From the human T2T-CHM13v2.0 reference genome, Homo sapiens, in NCBI RefSeq assembly GCF_009914755.1, contig NC_060940.1: a DNA stretch of 64,000 bases; one strand, 5' to 3'. The notes under the pieces are model-generated. The model was not told the origin of the DNA. It saw only the letters and a program-made list of their open reading frames with translations, and ran no database searches. Position 1 is the stretch's first letter; every line of letters starts with the position of its first letter. Below are positions 1 to 13,200 of this stretch, in pieces. Position numbers and translations under genes: made by a program.

Positions 1-3000
1 TGATTCAGTTCGATTCCTTACAATGATTCCCTACGATTCCTTTCTATGATGATTCCATTCGATTCCATTCATTGATGATTCCATTCGACTCCATTCGATG
101 ATGATTCCTTTCGATTCCATTTGACGATGTTTCCATTTGAGTCCATTCGATGATGATTCAATTCAGTTCTGTTCTATTGTGAATCCATTCGATTTCATTC
201 AATGCTTCTATTTGATTCCATTCGACGATGATTCCATCTCTTTCCCTTCGATGATTCCATTTGATTCCATTCAGTGATGATTCCATTTGATTCCATCTGA
301 TGATGATTTCACTTGATTCATTTCAATGATGATTCCATTCAAGTCCATTCGATGATTCCATTGGAGTCCAAACGATCATTCCATTCGATTCCATTCAATG
401 ATGATTCCATTCATGTCCATTCAATGAATCCTTTCAATTCCATTCGATGATGACTCCATTCGAGTACATTCGATGATTCCATTTGATTCCATTTGATGAT
501 GATTACATTCAATTCCATTCGAAGATGATTCCATTCAATTCCACTTGATGATGATTCCGTATGAATCCATTCGCTGATTATTCCATTCGATTCCATTCAT
601 TGACGATTCCATTCGATTCCATTCAATGATGATTCTCTTCTATTGCATTCGATGATTCCGTTCGATTCCATTCGATGATGATTCCATTAGATTCCATTCG
701 ATTGTTGCATTCGATTCCCTTCGATGATGATTCCTTTGAATTCCATTCGATTATGATTCCGTATGAATCCATTTGATGATTATTCCATTGGATTCCTTTC
801 GATGATGATTCCATTCGATTCCATTTGATGATGTTTCTCATGTATTCCATTTGATAATTCCTTTCAATTCCCTTCGATGATGATTCTTTCGAGTCAATTC
901 GATGATTCTATTCCATTCCCTTCGATGATGATTCCATTTCACTCCATTCGATGATTCCATTCGATTCAATTTGGTGATGATTCAATTCGATGACATTCGA
1001 TGACTCCATTCAATTTCATTTGATGATGATTACATTCGAGTCCATTTGATGATTGTATTCCTTTCCTTTTGATGATTATTCCATTCGTGTCTATTCAAAG
1101 ATTCCATTCTATTCCATTCAATGATGATTCCAATTGATTCCATTCAATGATTATGGCTATCGATTCCACTCGTTGATTCCATTTGATTCCATTCGATGAT
1201 TATTCCGTTAGATTCCATTAGGAGATTCCATTCGATTTTATTCAATGATTCCAATTGATTCCATTCAATGATGATTCCATTCCACTCCGTTCAGTGATTC
1301 CATTTGAGTCCATTTGAGGATTCCATTCGAGTCCATTTGATGATTCCATTCTTTTCCATTTGATGATGATTCCATTAGGGTCCATTCAATGATTCCATTC
1401 GAGTCCATTCGTTAATGTCTTTCGAGTCCTTTTGATCACTACATTCGAGTCCATTCAATGATTCTATTCGATTCCATTCCATGATGATTCCATTCGAGTT
1501 CATTCGATGATTGCATTCGAGTCCATTTGATGATTCCATAAGATTCCATTCGACAATGATTCCATTCGTGTCCATTTGATGATTCCATTTATTTCCTATC
1601 GATGAAGATTCCATTCGAGTGTATTCGATGATTCCATTCAAATCCATTCGATGATGATTCCATTCCAGTCCATTCGATCATTCCACTTGATTCCATTTGA
1701 TGACTATTCCATTCAAATCCATTTGATGATTCCATTCGATTCCATTCGATGTTACCATTCCAGTATATACGATGATTCCACTCGATTCCATTTGATGATT
1801 ATTCCATTGGAGTCGACTTAGTGAATCCTTTAGATTCTACTCGAAGATGATTCCATTCGAGTCCATTCGATGATACCATTCAATTCCATTCGTTGATGCT
1901 TCCATTCAAGTGCATTCGATGATATCATTCGATTCCATTTGATGATAATTCCATTTGATTCCATGTGATGATTCTATTCCATTCCATTCAATGATAATTC
2001 CATTCAATTCAGTGATTCCTCTGGACTCCATTTGATGATGATTCCATTCAATGATTCCATTCGATTCTATTCGAAAATGATTCCATTTGAATCCATTTGA
2101 TGATGATTCCATTCGATTCCATTTGATGATTCCATTCGATTCCATTCGACGATGATTCCATTCGATTCCATTTGATGATTCCATTCTATTCTATTCGATG
2201 ATGATTCCATTCGATTCCATTCGATGATGATTGGATTCGATTCCATTTGATGATTTCATTTGATTCCATTCGATGATGATTTCGATCAATTCCATTCGAT
2301 GATTCCATTCGATTCCATTTGATAATGATTACATCCGAGTCCATTCGATGATTCCATTTGAGCCCGTTCGATAATTCCATTTGAGTCCAATCAATGATTC
2401 CATTCATTTCCATTCAATGATTCCATTCGAGTCCATTTGATCATTCCGGTAGGGTCCGTTCGATGTTGATTCCATTGGAGTGCATTCGATGATTCCATTC
2501 GAGTCCATTTTAGGATTTGATTCGAGTCCTTTCGATGATTCCATTCGATTCCACTCGATGCGATGATGATTTCATTCGAGTCCATTCGACACTTCCAATC
2601 GATTCCATTTGATGTTTCCATTCGACTCCAATTGATGATTCCATTCAATTCCATTCGATGATGATTCCGTACGATTCCATTCTGTGATGATTCCATGTGA
2701 TTGCATTCAATGATGATTCCTTTCGATTGCATTCGATTATGATTCATTTCGTGTTCATTCTATGGTTCCACAGGTTTCACATCGTGTCCATTCCATTATT
2801 CCATTCTATTCCATTTGATGATGATTCCATTCGATTCCATTCATTGGTGATTCCACTCAATTCCATTCAATGATTCCATTCCATTTCTTTCAACAATGAT
2901 TCCATTAGTTTCTAATCGATGATCCACTTGATTCCATTTGACGATGATTCCATTCTTGTCCATTCGATGATTCCATTTGATTCCATATGATGATGATTCC

Positions 3001-4250
3001 ATTCGATTCCATACGATGATGATTCCATTCGAGTCCATTCAATGGTGATTCCATTCAATTCCATTCGATGATTCCTTTCGATTCCATTTGATGATGATGG
3101 CATTCGATTCCTTTCAATCATTCCCTTTGATTCCACTCAAAGGTGGTTTCATTCAAGTCCATTCGATAATTGCATTCGATTCCATTCTATGATGATTCCA
3201 TTCGAGTCCATTTGATGATTCCATTCAATTCAAGTCAATGATGATTCCATTCGATTCCATTCGATGATTCCATTGGATTCCATTCGATGATGATTCCATT
3301 CAAATCCATTCGATAATTCAATTCACGTCCATTCGATGATGATTCCAATCGAATCCATTCAAAGATTCCATTCAATTCCATTCGATGATTCCCTTAGATT
3401 CCATTCGATGATTCCACTTGATTCCATTTACGATGATTCCATTCGATTCCATGTGATGATTCCATTCAATTCTATTCAATGATGTTTCCATTTGATTCCA
3501 TTCGACCATGATTGCCTTTGATTGCATTCAATGATTCCATTCGGTTCCGTTTGATGATGATTCCGTTCGATTCCATTTGATGATTCCATTTGATTCCATT
3601 GGATGAGTCCATTCGATTACATTCGATGATTATTCCATTCGAGTGCATTAGATGATTCCATTCGAGTCCATTCGATGATTCCATTCGAGTCCATTCGATG
3701 ATTCCATTCGATTCCATTCAATGTTGATTCTGTTCAAATCCATTCGATGATTCCACTCGATTCCATTCGATGACTCCATTTGATCCCATTCGATGATTTC
3801 CTTTGATTCCCTTTGATGATCATTCCATTTGATTCAATTCGGTGATTTCATTTGATTCCATTCAGTGATGTTTCCATTCGACTCCATTCGATGATGATTC
3901 CATTCGACTACATTCGATTATGATTTCATTCAATTCCATTCGATAAAGATTCCCTTCGAGTCCAATCGATGATTCCATTCGATTCCATTCAACGATGATT
4001 TGATTCGTGTCCATTCGATGATTCCATTTGATTCCACTTGATGATGATTCCATTCGAGTCCATTTGATGATTCCATTCAATTCCATTCTCCGATGATTTC
4101 TTTTGAGCCCATTCAATGCTTCCACTCGATTACATATGATGATGACTCCATTCGATGAAACTCGATGATGATTCCATTCGCTTGCATTCGATGATGGTTC
4201 CACTTGAGTCCGTTAGAAGATTCTATTCAATTACATTCCATGACGATTCC
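1..4250 (+). repeat. Near-identical copy of 9035-13284 (offset 9,034 bp)
   Basis: ORF landmarks 411/9445, 623/9657, 1375/10409, 1906/10940 and 3862/12896 all differ by 9,034. The copies share private variants: GTCGAC at 1812/10846, CAGGTTTCACATCGTG, and a 5-bp insertion in GATGCGATGATG. Confidence 0.93.
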
Positions 4251-7200
4251 ATTCGAGTCCATTCGATGATTCCATTTGAATCCATTCGACGATGATTCCA
4301 TTTGATGCTATTCGATGATTCCATTGGATTCCATTCGATGATGATTCCATTCGACTTGATTTGATGTTTCTATTTGAGTCCATTCGGTTATTTTATTAGA
4401 CTACATTCGATGATGATTCCATTCGATGCCATTCAATGATTCCATTTGATTCCACTCAATGATGATTGCATTCGTGTCCATTCGATGATTCCATTTGGTT
4501 CCATTTGATGATGATTCCATTCGAGTCCATTCGATGATACCATTCAATTCCATTCGATGATCATTCCATTCGAATCCATTTGATGATTCCACTCAATTCC
4601 ATTTGATGACTCCTTTCATTCCCATTCGATGATTCCCTTCAGTTCCAATTGGATGATCTTTCCATTTGATTCAATATGGTGACTCCATTCTATTATATTC
4701 AATGATGATTCCATTCGACTCCATTAGATGATGACTCCATTCCATTCCATTCGATTGTGATTTCATTCGATTCCATTCGAAGATGATTCCATTCGAGTCC
4801 ATTTGATGATTCCATTCGATTCCATTCAATGATGATTCCACTCAAATCCATTGGATGATTCCATTCGTTTCCAATTGGTGATTTCATTAGATTCCATTCG
4901 AGGATGATTCTATTCGAGTCCATTCAATGATTCCATTGGATTCCGTTTGATAATGATTCCATTAGAGTTCATTCGATGATTCCCTTCGAGTCCATTCGAT
5001 TATTTCTTTTGATTCCATTTGATGATGATTCCATTCGATTCCGTTCAATGATTCCATTCCATTCCATTCGATGATGATTCCATTCGATAATGATTACATT
5101 CGAGCCCATGTGATGATTCCATTAGATTCTATTCAATGATGATTCCATTCGACCACATTCGATGATGGCATTCGAGTCCATTCGATGATTTCACTCGATT
5201 CCACTTGATGATGATTCCTTTTGAGTCCATTTGATGATTACATTCGAGTCCATGAGATGACTCCATTCGATTCCATTTCATGATGATGCAATTCGAGGCT
5301 ATTCGATCATCCCATTTTAGTGCATTCGGTGATTCTCTTTTATTACATTCGATGAGGGCTCCATTCGAGTCCATTCAATGATTCCATTAGATTCCACTCG
5401 ATGATGATTCCATTTGAGTCCATTCAAAGATTCCTTTCGAGTCCATTCGATAATTCTATTGGATTCCACTAGGTGATGATTCCTTTCGAGTCAATTCGAT
5501 GATTCCTTTCAAGTGCCTTCAATGATTCCATTCGATTCCATTCGATGACGATTCATTTCAAGTCCATTCAGTGGTTCCATTCTGTTGAATTTGATGGTTC
5601 CATTTGATTCCATTCGATGATGATTCCATTCGTGTCCATTGGATGATTCCATTCGATTCCTTTCGAGGAAGATTCCATTCGACTCCATTCGATGATTCCG
5701 TTCGATTCCATTCCATGATGATTCCATTTGATTCCATTCCATGATTCCATTCGATACCATTCGATGATGATTCCATTCGACTCCATTTGATGAATCCATT
5801 CAATGCTTCCATTCGAGTCCATTCGATGATTCCATTCGATTCCATTCCATGAAGATTCCATTCGAGTACATTTGATGATTCCATTTAATTCCATAGGATG
5901 ATGATTCTATTAGGGTCCGTTGACTATTCCATTCAATTCCATTCGAAGACTCCATTCGAGTCCACTCGATGATTCTATTTGATTCCATTTGATAATTCCA
6001 TTCGATTCCATTTGATGTTGATTCCATTCGAGTCCATTCGATCATTATTACATTTGATTCTATTCGATGATTCCATTCGATTCCATTTGATGAGGATTCC
6101 ATTCGAGACCATTTGATGATTCCATTCAATTCCATTGGATGATTCCAATATTTTCCATTAGATGATGATTCCATTCGATTCCATTCAATGATGATTCCAT
6201 CAGAATCCATTCGATGATGACTCCTTTTGCTTCCATTCAATGATCATTACATTCGGTTCCATTCGATGATGATTCCTTTGGATTCCATTCGATGATGCTT
6301 CCATTCGATTCCATTTGATGATGATTCTTTTCGATTCCATTTGATGATGATTCCATTTGATTCCATTCGATGGTGATTCCATTTGATGATTCCATTCGAT
6401 TGTATTCGATGATGATTCCACTCGATTCTATTTGACGATGACTGCATTCGATTCCATTTGATGATTCCATTTGATTCCATTCGATGATGATTCTGATCAA
6501 TTGCATTCGATGATCCATTCGATTCCATTTGATGGTTCCATTTGATTCCATTTGATAATGATTCCTTTCGAGTCCATTCGATGATTCCATTTGCGGATAT
6601 TCGATAATTCCATTTGAGTCCAACCGATGATTCCATTCGAGGCCATTCAATCATTCTTTTTGAGTCCTTTCGATAAAGATTCCATTTTAGTCCATTCAAT
6701 AATTCCACTGGAGTCCATTCGATGATTGCTTTTAATTCCATTCGATGATATTCCATTCGAGTCCATTCGATGATTCCATTCGTTGCTACTAGATGATGAT
6801 TCCATTCATGACCATTTAGTGATTCCATTCGATTTCATTCGTTGATGATTCCATTCGAGTCCATTCCATGATTCCATTCAAGTCCATTTGATGATTTCTT
6901 TGAATTCAATTCGATGATGATTCCATTCGAGTCCATTCGATGATTCCATTCAGTTCCATTCGATGATGATTCCTTTCGAGACCATATGATGATTCCATTT
7001 GATTTCATTCGATGATGATTCCATTCGATTCCATTCGATGATTCCATTCTATTCCATTCGATGATGATTCCATTCGAGTCCATTTAATGATTCCATTGGG
7101 TTCAATTCAATGATGATTACATTGGATTCTCTTCTATGATACCATTCAATTCCGTTCATTGACAATTTGATTCCATTCGATGATGATTCCATTTGAGTTC

Positions 7201-10200
7201 ATTCGATGATTCTATTCGATTCTCTTCGATGGTGATTCAATTCTATTATATTGGATGATTCCATTCGATTCCATTTGATGTTGATTCAATTCGATTCTAT
7301 TCGATGATGATTCCATTGGATTTCATTTGATGATTCTATTCGGTTCCATTCAATGATGATTGACTTCTCGTCCATTGGATGATTCCATTTCATTCCATTC
7401 GATGATGATTCCATTCGATTCCATTCGATGATTCCATTTGATTCCATTCGACGGTGAGCAATTCGATTCAATTCCATGATGATTCTATTTGATTCAGTTA
7501 GATGATGTTTCCATTCGAATCCATTCCATGATTATTCCATTGGAATCCATTCGGCGATGATTCCATATGAGTCAATTCAATGATGATTCCATATGGGTCA
7601 GTTCGATGATAATTCCATTTGATTTCATTCGATGCTTCTATTCAATTCCAGTCGATGATGATTCCGTTGGAGTCCATACGATGACTCCATTTGATTTCAT
7701 TTGATGATGATTCCATTCGATTCCATTCGATGACTCCATTCTGTTCCATTCGATGATGATTCCATTCGAGTCCATTCGATGATTCCATTCGAGTCCATTT
7801 CATGATTCCATTGGGTTCAATTCGATGATGATTACACTGGATTCCATTCTATGATTCCATTCAATTCCATTCGTTGATGATTCGATTCCATTCAATGATG
7901 ATTCCATTTGAGTTCATTCGATGATTCTATTCGATTCCGTTTGATGGTGATTCAATTCTATTATATTGGATGATTCCATTCGATTCCATTTGATGATGAT
8001 TCCATTCGATTCCATTCGATGATGATTCCATTTGATTCCATTTGATGTTGATTCTATTCGATTGTATTCAATGATGATTCCATTCGATTTCATTTGATGA
8101 TTCTATTCGATTCCTTTCGATGATTCTATTCCATTCCATTCGATGATGATTCAATTCTCTTCCATTGGATGATTCCATTTTATTCCATTCGACGATGACT
8201 CCATTTGATTCCATTCAATGATGATTCCATTCGATTCCATTCGGTGATTCCATTTGATTCCATTCGACGGTGAGCAATTTGATTCAATTCCATAATGATT
8301 CTATTTGATTCAATTAGATGATGTTTCCATTCGAATCCATTCGGTGATGATTCCATTGGTATCCATTCGACGATGATTCCATATGAGTCAATTCGATGAT
8401 GATTCCATACGAGTCCGTTGGATGATAATTCCATTTGATTTCATTCAATCCTTCTATTCGATTCCATTTGATGATGATTCCATCTGAATCCATTCTCCGA
8501 TTCCATTCGATTTCATTCGATGCTTCTATTTGATTTCATTCGAAGATGATTCCTTTCAATTCCGTTCATTAATTCCATTTGATTCCATTCGATGATGATT
8601 CCTTCCGATTCCATTGGATGATGATTCCATTCGAGTCCATTCGATGATTCCGTTCTAATCCATTCTATGATTCCATTCGAGTCCATTCGATGATTCCATT
8701 CGATTCCATTCAGTGATGATTCCATTTGATTCCATCTGATGATGATTTCATTTGATTCCATTCGATGATGATTCCATTGGAGTCCATTGAATGATTCAAT
8801 TCAATTCCATTCCATGTGGATTCCATTCGAATTCATTCGATTATTCCATTCAAATCCCTTCGTTGATTCCATCTGATTCCACTTGACGATGATTCCATTC
8901 AAGTCCAATCGATGATTCCATTCGGTTCCATTCAATGATTCCATTCGAGTCCATTTATGTATTATATTCGTGTCCACTTGATGACTCACTCCATTCAATT
9001 CCATTTAATGATGATTCCATTTGATTCCATTTGATGATTCAGTTCGATTCCTTACAATGATTCCCTACGATTCCTTTCTATGATGATTCCATTCGATTCC
9101 ATTCATTGATGATTCCATTCGACTCCATTCGATGATGATTCCTTTCGATTCCATTTGACGATGTTTCCATTTGAGTCCATTCGATGATGATTCAATTCAG
9201 TTCTTTTCTATTGTGAATCCATTCGATTTCATTCAATGCTTCTATTTGATTCCATTCGACGATGATTCCATCTCTTTCCCTTCGATGATTCCACTTGATT
9301 CCATTCAGTGATGATTCCATTTGATTCCATCTGATGATGATTTCACTTGATTCATTTCAATGATGATTCCATTCAAGTCCATTCGATGATTCCATTGGAG
9401 TCCAAACGATCATTCCATTCGATTCCATTCAATGATGATTCCATTCATGTCCATTCAATGAATCCTTTCAATTCCATTCGATGATGACTCCATTCGAGTA
9501 CATTCGATGATTCCATTTGATTCCATTTGATGATGATTACATTCAATTCCATTCGAAGATGATTCCATTCAATTCCACTTGATGATGATTCCGTATGAAT
9601 CCATTCGCTGATTATTCCATTCGATTCCATTCATTGACGATTCCATTCGATTCCATTCAATGATGATTCTCTTCTATTGCATTCGATGATTCCGTTCGAT
9701 TCCATTCGATGATGATTCCATTAGATTCCATTCGATTGTTGCATTCGATTCCCTTCGATGATGATTCCTTTGAATTCCATTCGATTATGATTCCGTATGA
9801 ATCCATTTGATGATTATTCCATTGGATTCCTTTCGATGATGATTCCATTCGATTCCATTTGATGATGTTTCTCATGTATTCCATTTGATAATTCCTTTCA
9901 ATTCCCTTCGATGATGATTCTTTCGAGTCAATTCGATGATTCTATTCCATTCCCTTCGATGATGATTCCATTTCACTCCATTCGATGATTCCATTCGATT
10001 CAATTTGGTGATGATTCAATTCGATGACATTCGATGACTCCATTCAATTTCATTTGATGATGATTACATTCGAGTCCATTTGATGATTGTATTCCTTTCC
10101 TTTTGATGATTATTCCATTCGTGTCTATTCAAAGATTCCATTCTATTCCATTCAATGATGATTCCAATTGATTCCATTCAATGATTATGGCTATCGATTC

Positions 10201-13200
10201 CACTCGTTGATTCCATTTGATTCCATTCGATGATTATTCCGTTAGATTCCATTAGGAGATTCCATTCGATTTTATTCAATGATTCCAATTGATTCCATTC
10301 AATGATGATTCCATTCCACTCCGTTCAGTGATTCCATTTGAGTCCATTTGAGGATTCCATTCGAGTCCATTTGATGATTCCATTCTTTTCCATTTGATGA
10401 TGATTCCATTAGGGTCCATTCAATGATTCCATTCGAGTCCATTCGTTAATGTCTTTCGAGTCCTTTTGATCACTACATTCGAGTCCATTCAATGATTCTA
10501 TTCGATTCCATTCCATGATGATTCCATTCGAGTTCATTCGATGATTGCATTCGAGTCCATTTGATGATTCCATAAGATTCCATTCGACAATGATTCCATT
10601 CGTGTCCATTTGATGATTCCATTTATTTCCTATCGATGAAGATTCCATTCGAGTGTATTCGATGATTCCATTCAAATCCATTCGATGATGATTCCATTCC
10701 AGTCCATTCGATCATTCCACTTGATTCCATTTGATGACTATTCCATTCAAATCCATTTGATGATTCCATTCGATTCCATTCGATGTTACCATTCCAGTAT
10801 ATACGATGATTCCACTCGATTCCATTTGATGATTATTCCATTGGAGTCGACTTAGTGAATCCTTTAGATTCTACTCGAAGATGATTCCATTCGAGTCCAT
10901 TCGATGATACCATTCAATTCCATTCGTTGATGCTTCCATTCAAGTGCATTCGATGATATCATTCGATTCCATTTGATGATAATTCCATTTGATTCCATGT
11001 GATGATTCTATTCCATTCCATTCAATGATAATTCCATTCAATTCAGTGATTCCTCTGGACTCCATTTGATGATGATTCCATTCAATGATTCCATTCGATT
11101 CTATTCGAAAATGATTCCATTTGAATCCATTTGATGATGATTCCATTCGATTCCATTTGATGATTCCATTCGATTCCATTCGACGATGATTCCATTCGAT
11201 TCCATTTGATGATTCCATTCTATTCTATTCGATGATGATTCCATTCGATTCCATTCGATGATGATTGGATTCGATTCCATTTGATGATTTCATTTGATTC
11301 CATTCGATGATGATTTCGATCAATTCCATTCGATGATTCCATTCGATTCCATTTGATAATGATTACATCCGAGTCCATTCGATGATTCCATTTGAGCCCG
11401 TTCGATAATTCCATTTGAGTCCAATCAATGATTCCATTCATTTCCATTCAATGATTCCATTCGAGTCCATTTGATCATTCCGGTAGGGTCCGTTCGATGT
11501 TGATTCCATTGGAGTGCATTCGATGATTCCATTCGAGTCCATTTTAGGATTTGATTCGAGTCCTTTCGATGATTCCATTCGATTCCACTCGATGCGATGA
11601 TGATTTCATTCGAGTCCATTCGACACTTCCAATCGATTCCATTTGATGTTTCCATTCGACTCCAATTGATGATTCCATTCAATTCCATTCGATGATGATT
11701 CCGTACGATTCCATTCTGTGATGATTCCATGTGATTGCATTCAATGATGATTCCTTTCGATTGCATTCGATTATGATTCATTTCGTGTTCATTCTATGGT
11801 TCCACAGGTTTCACATCGTGTCCATTCCATTATTCCATTCTATTCCATTTGATGATGATTCCATTCGATTCCATTCATTGGTGATTCCACTCAATTCCAT
11901 TCAATGATTCCATTCCATTTCTTTCAACAATGATTCCATTAGTTTCTAATCGATGATCCACTTGATTCCATTTGACGATGATTCCATTCTTGTCCATTCG
12001 ATGATTCCATTTGATTCCATATGATGATGATTCCATTCGATTCCATATGATGATGATGCCATTCGAGTCCATTCAATGGTGATTCCATTCAATTCCATTC
12101 GGTGATTCCTTTCGATTCCATTTGATGATGATGGCATTCGATTCCTTTCAATCATTCCCTTTGATTCCACTCAAAGGTGATTTCATTCAAGTCCATTCGA
12201 TAATTGCATTCGATTCCATTCTATGATGATTCCATTCGAGTCCATTTGATGATTCCATTCAATTCAAGTCAATGATGATTCCATTCGATTCCATTCGATG
12301 ATTCCATTGGATTCCATTCGATGATGATTCCATTCAAATCCATTCGATAATTCAATTCACGTCCATTCGATGATGATTCCAATCGAATCCATTCAAAGAT
12401 TCCATTCAATTCCATTCGATGATTCCCTTAGATTCCATTCGATGATTCCACTTGATTCCATTTACGATGATTCCATTCGATTCCATGTGATGATTCCATT
12501 CAATTCTATTCAATGATGTTTCCATTTGATTCCATTCGACCATGATTGCCTTTGATTCCATTCAATGATTCCATTCGGTTCCGTTTGATGATGATTCCGT
12601 TCGATTCCATTTGATGATTCCATTTGATTCCATTGGATGAGTCCATTCGATTACATTCGATGATTATTCCATTCGAGTGCATTAGATGATTCCATTCGAG
12701 TCCATTCGATGATTCCATTCGAGTCCATTCGATGATTCCATTCGATTCCATTCGATGTTGATTCTGTTCAAATCCATTCGATGATTCCACTCGATTCCAT
12801 TCGATGACTCCATTTGATCCCATTCGATGATTTCCTTTGATTCCCTTTGATGATCATTCCATTTGATTCAATTCGGTGATTTCATTGGATTCCATTCAGT
12901 GATGTTTCCATTCGACTCCATTCGATGATGATTCCATTCGACTACATTCGATTATGATTTCATTCAATTCCATTCGATAAAGATTCCCTTCGAGTCCAAT
13001 CGATGATTCCATTCGATTCCATTCAACGATGATTTGATTCGTGTCCATTCGATGATTCCATTTGATTCCATTTGATGAGGATTCCATTCGACTCCATTTG
13101 ATGATTCCATTCAATTCCATTCTCCGATGATTTCTTTTGAGCCCATTCAATGCTTCCTCTCGATTACATATGATGATGACTCCATTCGATGAAACTCGAT

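Noticed and set aside
2228-2238. DUX4-like motif TGATTGGATTC, about once per unit
   Set aside because: It is an imperfect match to the reverse complement of TAAYYYAATCA and is expected by chance in a TGATT-rich repeat. It cannot be called a site without binding data.
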